The notes below the pieces were generated by a model. It worked only from the letters and a program-made list of their open reading frames with translations, was not told the DNA's origin and ran no database searches. Source: Macrostomum hystrix (lineage: Eukaryota; Animalia; Platyhelminthes). Taken from it: a DNA stretch of 64,000 bases. Below are positions 51,501-60,604 of this stretch, one piece after another (the first letter of the stretch is position 1; every line of letters begins with the position of its first letter). The stretch is from contig CATNEN010000038.1 in assembly GCA_950097015.1 (NCBI GenBank), positions 15,562,001-15,626,000 on the forward strand, written 5' to 3'. A program made the translations under genes and the position numbers.

Positions 51501-52847
51501 AACACTGCACACATCGTAGAGAGGCGGCAAGCCACGAGTTTGAAAGGAAGACGGTGACAAGGTCACAAATTCAAGCCACACCTGAAGAATTCCTCTGGAT
51601 CCTTCGACTAGTTTGAGCTTTGCCTCAGCAGAGCTGGGGTCCCGGACAAACTGCTCGGCTGCTTCACTTAATAACCTACTGGCCTGTGGCACCCGATACA
51701 GGCTAGCAGTCAGCTGGCGGTTCAATCGCTGATCGCCAGAGTTGGCTGCCGTGTCCTGGCCAACCTGGATCAGCCTCTGAACAGCTTGATCAACGGCAGC
51801 TACCGGGCCACGCAGGTCAGGCAGGCAGCGGCCGTCAGAGCAGGACTCATACAGCACTATCAGGTTTGAGATCTTAAATTTAAAAAGAAAAGTGATACCT
51901 ATGTGTTAACAACATTTTCTCATGAAATTTGTATACAATGTTGCAATTTCTTTATGAGCTCTTCAAGTTAAAGGCCAAGTTAAACAACTGAAAATAGTTT
52001 GCGATAAATATTATTTTTTTAATTATCCATCTATAGTAATTTTTACACCATGCAAGTATACCAAAGTATAGTGGTGTTTTAGTAGGGGCCTACAAGACAT
52101 GCACTTTTGCTTTTATATTGACATTAAAACTGTTTCAGATTTTAAACTAGATCAAGTGTTATGGCTGCCATGCCCTAAAGTATTTCTATATAAAAATATT
52201 GTCTAGCTTGGCTAAACAATGAAGTTTAGTTTTCTATAGGCCTATTAACTTTTAAAACAACTTAAGCGAAAAAGACAGCAATAGTTGAAATTTTTATTTT
52301 TAGTAGAGAATGTAAACAATACTTAAATTTTTGTTCCTTAGGGATCTATATAGTAAAAACTAAATATGTAAAAAATATTTTTTCTATATGACAACATTAC
52401 AATACAAAAAGACAAGTATTTGCTATGACAAAAGGTTTTTTAGTTAGCCTGTTGTTGACTCACTTCATAAACTTAGTAATATTATGAGTGTAATCATTCT
52501 TATTACTAATACACCATTAGAACCTCAAATAAAGCAATTCTGAATTAGGAAGCAATATTCTGTAAGCACAAGACAAAAGCCAAAGGTGAAAATATAGTGC
52601 ACTGAAAAAACACATTATTTTATTTATTTTTAATTTTCTGCCAAAAGTTATTTTTACCTAAAAATTATGTTATATTATTAAGACTTAGTTGAATAAAAAG
52701 TTTATATTTGAATTAAACTGTAAGTTTAATAATTGTAATTTTTGGGAATTTTTTGTTAGCATAGGAATGACTTCAATACTCACTCACCTGCTGAGATAAT
52801 GGTTCTAAGATGGTAGCAATTATCTTTGTATGGTATGTATCCTTCAT
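33562..52847 (-). CDS. VCL: Vinculin (divergent), complete gene, ~1056 aa (1075 aa with the cassette exon)
   Basis: Phase-consistent exons: 52847-52788, 51872-51582, 50773-50639, 47050-46879, 46704-46337, 45835-45335, 44259-43875, 43313-43020, 42636-42167, 41271-41156, 41065-40942, 38064-37977, 33728-33562 (3171 nt). N-terminus MKDTYHTKIIATILEPLSQQISNL (cf. vinculin [20 protein letters not shown]); RGILQGTHDILLAWDESEVRKI; Pro-rich linker; tail QPILEAARSLH..., IPTIGTQLKILTAVKAT, EATEMLVGNA...ASIKIRIDSG..KW. Confidence 0.93.
33780..34003 (+). mobile_element. SINE family B, partial copy
   Basis: Homologous to 51150-51445 and 4472-4665. Confidence 0.75.
34735..35115. repeat. 34-bp minisatellite (TAGCGAGTGTACATTAGGGGTGAGGGTCGGTCTA)
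   Basis: Direct inspection. Confidence 0.9.
35845..37285. repeat. 14-bp minisatellite (TATCTGACACTGGG / TATCTGACACTAGC variants), ~100 copies
   Basis: Direct inspection. Confidence 0.95.
37760..37816 (-). CDS. Putative 57-nt phase-1/phase-1 cassette exon of vinculin (EAERQHLMQNQIIKPDSPD)
   Basis: GTCAAG| acceptor, G|GTAAAA donor, open and frame-preserving; falls in the variable loop after KATTMLG in the tail domain. Confidence 0.45.
38182..40910. repeat. 22-bp minisatellite (CATCTATTATCTTCCCAGATTC), ~124 copies, with a 1034-bp internal duplication
   Basis: Direct inspection; identical ORFs at 38520 and 39554. Confidence 0.96.
41440..42106. repeat. ~23-bp minisatellite (GATCTGGGAAGATGGCAGATGGG), reverse-complement relative of the 22-bp array
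   Basis: Direct inspection. Confidence 0.92.
42685..42895. repeat. ~28-bp degenerate minisatellite (TGAAACTGAGGATTTGGGGAAATAGGTA)
   Basis: Direct inspection. Confidence 0.85.
43378..43860. repeat. 21-bp minisatellite (GGGTAGAAAGAATCTGAGCAT)
   Basis: Direct inspection. Confidence 0.93.
44560..45270. repeat. Purine-rich ~14-bp repeat (GGGGTAGAAAGGAA)
   Basis: Direct inspection. Confidence 0.9.
46060..46260. repeat. Degenerate ~21-bp repeat (CTCTACTCCAAAAACATACCA)
   Basis: Direct inspection. Confidence 0.8.
47086..48645. repeat. G-rich 16-bp minisatellite (GAGTGTCAGAGGGGGC) with a 300-bp internal duplication
   Basis: Direct inspection; G5-G7 run in each unit. Confidence 0.95.
49025..49425. 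repeat. G-rich 21-bp minisatellite (GGGAGTGGGGAGAGTAAGGAT)
   Basis: Direct inspection. Confidence 0.94.
50096..50600. mobile_element. Foldback/MITE-like element with ~175-195-bp imperfect terminal inverted repeats
   Basis: 50096-50271 is the reverse complement of ~50403-50600 (e.g. TTGCGCATCTTCTGAAACAATAAT vs ATTATTGTTTCAGAAGATGCGCAA; GACCGTCGAGATATTCAA vs TTGAATATCTCGACGGTC). Confidence 0.8.
51150..51445 (+). mobile_element. tRNA-derived SINE family B, most complete copy
   Basis: A-box-like TGGCAGAGAGG and B-box-like GAGCTCGATTCC head, followed by a body shared with two other copies in the window. Confidence 0.75.
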
Positions 52848-53232
52848 TTTGTATTTTAAGCCAGCAACAAATGAAACAATGTCTGTGGCAAGAGTTACAA
52901 CAAAGAGGCAGGACAAATCTAAAAAAAATACAATAAGATTACAGCTAAAAAACTTCTTTAAAAAAAACTAAGATATGCAGGTCGGACGCAATCAGTCTAC
53001 TGTGGCGATATTTTTAAACAGTTAATGCCTAGCACTGCGGCAAAAAATAGCACTACAAAAAACTATTTTGTGCAAAGGCAAGTAGAACACAGCTATATTC
53101 GTTTTCTGTTAAATTCATAAAAACATTAAATTCAGTAAAACAAAACTCAAACAAATCAAGTTCGAATCATGTCCAAATTACTGTTATTAAGAGATTTGCG
53201 CATACATTTTCATGTCTGCTTGAAGAAATTTG

Positions 53233-53419
53233 TGTGTTGTACTTTTATATGTGTTGTACTTTCATTATATAGAAACTAGTATTTGACCGTTGCAGCTAAA
53301 TATCCCATAGACAATTCGTTCTACCTGTTTGTTTGCGAGGACCGCGTTAAGAGTGTTTGCGGCTCTAGCTTTCGTGCTAACCCCGGGCTTTGCTATCTAC
53401 ACAAATACATGAGACCACA
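53233..53419 (+). repeat. 5' LTR
   Basis: Identical to 57371-57557. Confidence 0.97.
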
Positions 53420-53442
53420 AGCTATCGCGGCAATACGCAACG

Positions 53443-54153
53443 ATGGCAAGCGCAGTCAAATTCAGCGACATAATCAAGCAGTACGACGGTGAAGAGGATT
53501 TTTCGCGCTGGGCACAGAAGCTCGAACTCGTTGCCAAGCTCCAAAAAGTGAATGACTTGGCTGCTTTCATCCCACTATTTCTATCGGGAGGTGCGTTCGC
53601 CGTGTACCAGGCACTAAACGAGGAAAGCAAGTCGGACTACAAAACTCTGAAAGCGGCTCTTACCTCAGCGTTCTGCCCAAACAAGTACAAAGCATACGAC
53701 GAGTTCGTGTCACGCAGGCTCGGCCCCGGGGAGTCCGTGGACGTTTTTCTCGCGGATCTCACGAGGCTTGCACGCCTAGTGGACGAGATCCCCGGGGAAG
53801 AATGGATCAAATGCGCATTCGTCCGCGGGCTTCCAGCAACCGTCAGTCAGCAGCTGATCGCTTCCTGCTCTCTAAAAGAGCTCGAACTCCATGAACTAGC
53901 GGAGAAAGCTAGAAACTTAACGATCAGTCGCGAGTCCTGCTGTGTTGTCTCGAGCGCAGGAAATGCGCGAAGCGCTGGAAAGTTCGCCCCACGCAACAAA
54001 GTGATGTCGTGCTACTCGTGCGGCAAGGAGGGCCATGTGAGCAAAGAGTGCATGGAACGCAACCGAGCGAATCAAGGTTGTTTTGTTTGTGGAAAAGCGG
54101 GACATGTGGCTGCTCGATGCCCGCAGCGCGCCGATTTTCAAAAAAACGAGTGA
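53443..54153 (+). CDS. gag: Gag with two CCHC zinc knuckles
   Basis: CYSCGKEGHVSKEC and CFVCGKAGHVAARC; capsid-like N-terminus (YDGEEDFSRW). Confidence 0.93.
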   Translation: MASAVKFSDIIKQYDGEEDFSRWAQKLELVAKLQKVNDLAAFIPLFLSGGAFAVYQALNEESKSDYKTLKAALTSAFCPNKYKAYDEFVSRRLGPGESVDVFLADLTRLARLVDEIPGEEWIKCAFVRGLPATVSQQLIASCSLKELELHELAEKARNLTISRESCCVVSSAGNARSAGKFAPRNKVMSCYSCGKEGHVSKECMERNRANQGCFVCGKAGHVAARCPQRADFQKNE

Positions 54154-54202
54154 TGGAAGCGCGGAATGTTTGCGCCAACGGGCTTCCTTGTGCACCGGCG
54201 CA
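54141..54202 (+). promoter_or_regulatory. -1 programmed ribosomal frameshift signal (slippery A_AAA_AAC plus H-type pseudoknot)
   Basis: Heptamer 54141-54147 is in gag phase and pol is in the -1 frame. 7-nt spacer; stem 1 54155-54163/54179-54187; stem 2 54171-54176/54197-54202. Confidence 0.75.
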
Positions 54203-57200
54203 CCTACCATCGTTAAGTGTTCATGTTAATAGTTTGGTCGTTACTGCTTTAGTAGATACTGGTTGTTCGCGGTCCATCGTTTCTTCACGAGTTACTGGAG
54301 TTAAAAAACGTCCCGTTCACGAGAGGGTCACGATGATGAATGGTGACTCAGCAGAAAGTGAATGGGAGGCTGACGTTGCTTTGTCTGTTCGAGGCCACCA
54401 ATTACCAGTGCTGCGATGTATCGTTATGGACATCCTTCCTGGGTTCGATTTGCTGCTTGGGATGGATGCTATCAGCCGATTGGGCGGCGTCTCTGTGAAG
54501 CGAGATTGCCGCAGTGTCCGCTTCGGTATTGAAGAGCAGTCATTAGCGCTGGAGACTGCTGCGGTAGCCAAGGCTTTCTCAAAACCAAAGGCGGAGTCAC
54601 CTGTGAGCTGTCCGGCAGGAGAGGTCGAGTCACCTGTGAGCTGTCCGGCAGGAGAGGTCGAGTCACCTGTGAGCTGTCCGGCAGGAGAGGTCGAGTCACC
54701 TGTGAGCTGTCCGGCAGGAGAGGTCGAGTCACCTGTGAGCTGTCCGGCAGGAGAGGTCGAGTCACCTGTGAGCTGTCCGGCAGAAGAGGTCGAGTCACCT
54801 GTGAGCTGTCCGACAGGAGAGGTCGAGTCACCTGTGAGCTGTCCGGCAGGAGAGGTCGAGTCACCTGTGAGCTGTCCGGCAGGAGAGGTCGAGTCACCTG
54901 TGAGCTGTCCGGCAAGAGGAGCGAGGCTTGCGAAAAATACTTTAACCGAGGCGTGCCTGGTGCTTGAGGAAAAAGACTTCTCTGCTAAGTTTATCGATGG
55001 AGAGTGGACAGTGGCATGGAAGTGGCTGGATGAGGCCCCACTACTGTCAAATACGATAGCTCAATACCGAGTCCCACCAGAGGCGGTAGGCGAGTATGAG
55101 TCAGAGATAAAAGACTGGATTCAGCGAGGTTGGCTGCTACCGTTCGAAGGTGACAGTGACGGCGTCATCCCTCTGATGGCAGTGGTGCAGACCAACAAAG
55201 CAAAGGTGCGGCCTGTACTCGACTATCGCGAGTTGAACCAGTACGTGTCAAGCCACACCGCCGAAAGCGTCGTGTGCGGCGCCAAGCTCCGGGCCTGGCG
55301 GCGGCTCGGTGAGAATGCGAGTATCATCGACCTGCGGAAGGCCTACCTACAACTGCGATTGGACCCCAGTCTCTGGCGCTACCAAGTAGTGAGGTTCAAA
55401 GGCCGCCGTTACTGTCTCACCCGGTTAGGATTCGGACTCAACGTGGCGCCAAAAATTATGACGGCGGTTGTGAACAAAGTCCTGTCGATGGAAGACGACG
55501 TGCGTGAGGCCACGGACTCTTACATTGACGACATTATTGTGAACAATAACAAGATTCCGAATGAACGCGTAACTGGGTTGCTTGCCCGGTTCGGGCTAGA
55601 AGCCAAGCCTCCTGAGAGCCTCATTGGGGGCCGCGTGCTCGGCCTCCGCGTCTACCGTCGAGAGGATGGGGTCATTTGCTGGAAACGAGACAATGTCCTC
55701 TCTCAGTTGAAAGGTCCAGCAACACGACGGCAACTATTCTCCTGGTGCGGCCAGCTAGTAGGCCATTTCCCCGTCGCCGCATGGCTGCGTGTCGCATGCA
55801 GCTACTTGAAGCGGGTCACCAGCACAATCGCGTGGGACGCTATCGTCAGCGAGTCTGCCATGCGGATCGCCCAAGAAATCAGCGAAATGGTCCAGGAACG
55901 AGATCCTGTCGCTGGGGTGTGGACCGTTGACGAGACTTCGCGCTGTCGCGTCTGGTGCGACGCCAGCAGCATCGCCATTGGAGCCGTCATCGAAATTGGT
56001 GGCGTAATCGTGGAGGACGCCTCGTGGTTGCGAAAACAAGACGACGCTGCGCACATCAATCTTGCCGAACTTGAGGCGGTCCTCAAGGGTATCAACCTTG
56101 CCCTCGCTTGGGGTACGAGGAAAGTTGAAGTGTTGACTGATTCTGCAACCGTGCACGGCTGGCTCCAGTCTTTGATTGTCGGCGATAAGCCCGTGCGAGT
56201 CAAAGGTCTCGGTGAAGCTCTGGTTCGGAAACGGCTATCATTAATCCGAGACACGGCGTCGGAGTGCGAGCTCGAGCTACTGACATCGCTGGTGCCATCG
56301 TCAGCAAACAAGGCAGACGCACTGACGCGAGTACCGCAACAGTGGCTGCGCCAGCGGCCCTTCTGTGCAGTGGCGCTGCGCCCCGTTGACATGGATCTCC
56401 GTGCGTGCCACGAGAAGCACCACTTCGGGGTGGACAGGACGCTCTACCTGGCCAAACTGTGCTTCCCTGAACGTGAGGTACTGCGTGAAGAGGTTGAGCG
56501 CATCGTTGCAAACTGCATCCGATGCAAGTCCGTAGACCCTGCGCCGATGGTTTGGGACCATGGCAGACTCGAGGTGGATGCAAACTGGTGGCGCTTGGCC
56601 TGCGACGTGACCCACTTTAAGGACGACCGCTATCTGTCCATTGTTGACTGCGGGCCGAGCAGATTCTCGCTGTGGCGAAAACTCACCGACGAGCGGACAG
56701 CGTCAATTACCGGGATACTCGTGCAGGTGTTCCGAGAGCGGGGCCCTCCCTGGCAGCTGCTTCTCGACAATTCACCGACCTTCCGCTCCGCTGAGGTCCG
56801 TGCGTTTTGTGAGGCTTGGGGAGTGCAGCTCCTCTTCCGTTGCGCTCACCGGCCGTCAGGCAACGGAATAGTCGAGCGCAATCATCGGACGATTAAGCGG
56901 ATGGCAGCCAGAACCGGAAAGGACGTACTGGAAATGGTGTTCTGGTACAACATGGCTCCAAAGGATGGCACTCGCAAGGACAGCGTGCCCAGCAGAATGG
57001 TCAGCACCTATGACTGGAAGCCGCCAACTGTGTCTCTCCCTGAGGCCTTGGAGACCTTGGAGGCAAACCCACGCCCCACGCCCACCCTGCCAGTGGGAAC
57101 AGAAGTGTTTGTTAAACCGCCGGCCGTCAGATGCACCGACGAGTGGCCTAGGGGACGCGTGACGGGCCAGGGACAAGGGTCTACGGTGGAGGTCGATGGC

Positions 57201-57341
57201 CTTCCCCGTCACGTAGCTGACGTCCGCCCGGCACCAGACACGCAACCGCAGCCTCCTGGGGTGGAGCGAGCTGTCGAGCGGGATGCCGAACCACGACGGT
57301 CTAATAGGGTGAAGTCGGCGCCGGTCCGTTACGAACCTTGA
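54141..57341 (+). CDS. pol: Pol: protease, RT, RNase H, integrase (probably expressed as Gag-Pol by -1 frameshift)
   Basis: PR ALVDTGCS...LLLGMD; RT PVLDYRELN, IDLRKAYLQ, GFGL, YIDD; RH WCDAS, INLAELEA, LTDS, NKADALTR; IN H-H-C-C, CDVT, LLDN, NGIVER. Confidence 0.95.
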   Translation, partial: KKRVMEARNVCANGLPCAPAHLPSLSVHVNSLVVTALVDTGCSRSIVSSRVTGVKKRPVHERVTMMNGDSAESEWEADVALSVRGHQLPVLRCIVMDILPGFDLLLGMDAISRLGGVSVKRDCRSVRFGIEEQSLALETAAVAKAFSKPKAESPVSCPAGEVESPVSCPAGEVESPVSCPAGEVESPVSCPAGEVESPVSCPAGEVESPVSCPAEEVESPVSCPTGEVESPVSCPAGEVESPVSCPAGEVESPVSCPARGARLAKNTLTEACLVLEEKDFSAKFIDGEWTVAWKWLDEAPLLSNTIAQYRVPPEAVGEYESEIKDWIQRGWLLPFEGDSDGVIPLMAVVQTNKAKVRPVLDYRELNQYVSSHTAESVVCGAKLRAWRRLGENASIIDLRKAYLQLRLDPSLWRYQVVRFKGRRYCLTRLGFGLNVAPKIMTAVVNKVLSMEDDVREATDSYIDDIIVNNNKIPNERVTGLLARFGLEAKPPESLIGGRVLGLRVYRREDGVICWKRDNVLSQLKGPATRRQLFSWCGQLVGHFPVAAWLRVACSYLKRVTSTIAWDAIVSESAMRIAQEISEMVQERDPVAGVWTVDETSRCRVWCDASSIAIGAVIEIGGVIVEDASWLRKQDDAAHINLAELEAVLKGINLALAWGTRKVEVLTDSATVHGWLQSLIVGDKPVRVKGLGEALVRKRLSLIRDTASECELELLTSLVPSSANKADALTRVPQQWLRQRPFCAVALRPVDMDLRACHEKHHFGVDRTLYLAKLCFPEREVLREEVERIVANCIRCKSVDPAPMVWDHGRLEVDANWWRLACDVTHFKDDRYLSIVDCGPSRFSLWRKLTDERTASITGILVQVFRERGPPWQLLLDNSPTFRSAEVRAFCEAWGVQLLFRCAHRPSGNGIVERNHRTIKRMAARTGKDVLEMVFWYNMAPKDGTRKDSVPSRMVSTYDWKPPTVSLPEALETLEANPRPTPTLPVGTEVFVKPPAVRCTDEWPRGRVTGQGQGSTVEVDGLPRHVADVRPAPDTQPQPPGVERAVERDAEPRRSNRVKSAPVRYEP
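54594..54914 (+). repeat. 33-bp in-frame tandem repeat (ESPVSCPAGEV, ~9.7 copies) within pol
   Basis: GAGTCACCTGTGAGCTGTCCGGCAGGAGAGGTC units between PR and RT. Confidence 0.97.
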
Positions 57342-57370
57342 TCTCTTGTGATCCGGAGATCAGGGGGTGA

Positions 57371-57557
57371 TGTGTTGTACTTTTATATGTGTTGTACTTT
57401 CATTATATAGAAACTAGTATTTGACCGTTGCAGCTAAATATCCCATAGACAATTCGTTCTACCTGTTTGTTTGCGAGGACCGCGTTAAGAGTGTTTGCGG
57501 CTCTAGCTTTCGTGCTAACCCCGGGCTTTGCTATCTACACAAATACATGAGACCACA
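57371..57557 (+). repeat. 3' LTR
   Basis: Identical to 53233-53419. Confidence 0.97.
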
Positions 57558-59569
57558 ATTTGCTTTTTACTCTTTACTTTATTTTATTATTTTATAGCTC
57601 AAAAAGCACATTACGAAGAAAACGCGGTGGCAGCTAGAGAAAATTTAATTGTAACTGCCGATTTGATTCTTAGCTTGTTAAATAAGTAACGACGCCAGCT
57701 TTTAGTTTTTTAAAACATTCAGAATTGACATAAATGCCAACACTTAACACACATGTACGGGTAACTTACATTAGTACGGGCCAGATTGTACTAAACATTA
57801 CATTAGCCTTATTTTTGCGAGATTTAACGCAACATATATAAAGACGCAATGATTAGGTTGCTCACACTCGCAAAAGAGACGAGAGGGACAGATTGTGGCA
57901 GATTGTGAGTTCAGGTTAATGTCTTGCAGATCAGACTCCAGCGTGGCGGTTAGCGAAGTGGTCCGGCCTTGGTCCCATTGGAGAGCTCAGCCGGCTAGTG
58001 CATCAGAGTTAGGCTTTGGCTCGAGTCTGCCTCAGCTGCGGAGGCAATGGCCGACAAGCATTAAGCCGGCACCGCTGGAGGGTGCAGGCGCTGAGCTGAG
58101 GCACACGAGCTCGCGCCCTCAGCAGGGTCAATATTGTGCCGAGCATGACTGCAGGATTTGCTTGCAGGAAAGCGCTGGATATTCTGGTTTATCTGTATTG
58201 GTGTACAAGTACAACCCCTAGGCTAGTTTAGAGTAAGTTTACTGCAGTTGGTGTTCATAAATAATCAATAATCACACGTATCAAGAGGTCCAATCCCTCG
58301 TCGAAATTAGTTCTTGTAAACTCTAACGAGAAACAGGTTGTTAAAATGTTCCAACAATGAAGAAACAGAGGCGAAACGAACATAAATGTAAGATTTAAAG
58401 CACGTGACGCACTTTTTGATAAATAAGTATATGGTAGTTTATAAAAAGAAGCTGAAAACAATTATATTTGACAGCAACAGTTTGTCTAAAGACAAACGCT
58501 TGCAAACAGAATGCTTATTTTTTCAAGGGCAGAAATGGATATTGTTAAGGAGTTTTATTGGTGGTCAAACGGTTGAACTACATATGAAATACTATTAGTA
58601 GAAATACCACTACAAAACAGCTGGGATCTTTAGACACCTAATCAAAATTAGAACAAAAAAGACTTTATAACAGACAAAGAACCAAACAGATTATTACCAC
58701 AGATTTGCAATATTCAAGGTTTTCAAATCAATGGATTAAAATGATTATGACTAAAACTACGATACTAGGATGACTATTGTTTCTTAAAATTTGATATAAA
58801 AACGTTATATTAATTAAATAGTGAATGATTAGAATAGCTAAACATATACGTTTAAGAAAAAACACCAAAACAAAGTAGAAGAATGCGTACGGACAACTAG
58901 GAAAAATCCCAAGATTTGCACATAAAAATATAACAAGTTAAACAAAATATTTTAGAAAATATTATTAAACGCAGACACAATATTTGAATGCATCGGAAAA
59001 AAAGATTGATACAAAATAACAAAATTGACCGAAATGTAGTAAGTCATTGAAAAATAATAATAAAAGTAAACAATGACGTACTCGTAATAAAATATGTTTT
59101 TTTATTATTCCTTATGTAAACAGTATATTAACAAAATTTGATGAATAAAAAATGTCGTAATTTTATGCCTTTTCGAAAAAATACAATTATTATTGGAAAT
59201 TTTTCAGTAACAAAGCTTTAAAAAAACGAATAACCTTAAAATCAGGAATTTAGTACAAAATTTAAACAATAAAATGCGCCACGAAGCAGTTTACAGATTA
59301 ATTTAGATTGCCAAAGACACTTTAGAAAAGCCTAGAGTTTCATATAAAAACATCAGCACGTTGAAAATCATAAATTTTGTGTCAAACTAAGCGAGCTATA
59401 CAGTAATCATTAACTGATTTATAACCTGTTTAAACAACACACTGTATAACGATTTAATTTAGTTTAATTTAATTCAACTTAATTCAAGTTATAAAAATTG
59501 AATTGAATTTTACTTCTAAGACAATGTTTTAAGACTTAGGTAGCTATTGGAAGTGATTTTTTAGTTTTA

Positions 59570-59720
59570 GTACCAGCGTGAGTTGGGGTAGAGATTTTCG
59601 GTGGGTCTGGCTACCTGCTCAGTCTACGGACTGAACAGCTGTACACAGTAAATGTTAGCGTTCTGGCTTCAGCCCCAGTACACATGGTCTAACTGGACTA
59701 GGCGATGAAATTTCTCTTTG
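59570..59720 (+). mobile_element. SINE family A, 3' fragment (old)
   Basis: CAGTCTACGGACTGAACAGC and an upstream GTACCA...TGGGGTA match the family body. Confidence 0.45.
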
Positions 59721-60604
59721 TTGTAAATTAACCTTAAGAACTTATATTGCTACTGTAAGTAATAAGCTCTGGGTGTTTTGACTAATAAACTCTCCTAATT
59801 ATTGCTTTCAAATGCGAAAACCACAACCAGGTAAAGTTAATTCTTAACAATAAAGCATGACCGAGAAAAAACGAATAGAAGAATCAAGGGAAAATACACA
59901 ACAGCACACATTATGCCCTACAATATCGAAAACAAAACAAAACAAACAAACAAACAAACAATTGAAAAGGGAGACAAAGAAAAAATAGCAATGCAACGAC
60001 ATGCAGCTTTGAACCGGTTAGAGTGAAAAAATCAAATTCAAAAATACACAAAGAAGCTGTATGATGACGAGGTTAAGAAAATAACAATGATATATGTGTT
60101 ATAGGAAAATATAAATGAAAGATAAATTGACCGGACACCAATAAAGAAAGATTAATTTAATAGACAATTTCTGTAGCTCATAAGGGAAACAACATATTCA
60201 TAATAAACATATTTAAATATAAATATGATATAGTAGTATTCATAGTAGCAATTACGTACAAAACACACAAAACTATTTATATCCGCTATAATATTTTTCA
60301 TGTCAAAATGATAATAATATAGTTATATATAGTGATTAGTGTCAATAAAATTTAATCAGTGAAAGCGATATTTGTTGTGCTGTTTAGTGGCATAATCATA
60401 GGATGTGTGTGGCGCGCTTTGGACAAATCAGCAAAATTAATTAGGATGAATTAAACAGACAAAGTAGAGTAGAAATGCGCAAACAATAAAGCTGTGCTCA
60501 CAAATGTTTTGAGTGGCCTAATAATAATTCAAACAATGTGGGAGGGCGAGAATTAGAAAAGTTGGTTAAATTCGGTTTTTAAATTACCGATCAAATGGTG
60601 ATTT

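Larger units (their letters stand above)
53233..57557 (+). mobile_element. Intact Ty3/Gypsy LTR retrotransposon (4325 bp)
   Basis: Identical 187-bp LTRs (TG...CA) at 53233-53419 and 57371-57557. TSD ATTTG at 53228-53232 and 57558-57562. PPT at ~57355-57370. Intact gag and pol with domain order PR-RT-RH-IN. Confidence 0.97.

Noticed and set aside
54317-57245. Antisense and alternative-frame ORFs within pol
   Set aside because: Shadows of GC-rich pol coding sequence with no recognisable motifs.
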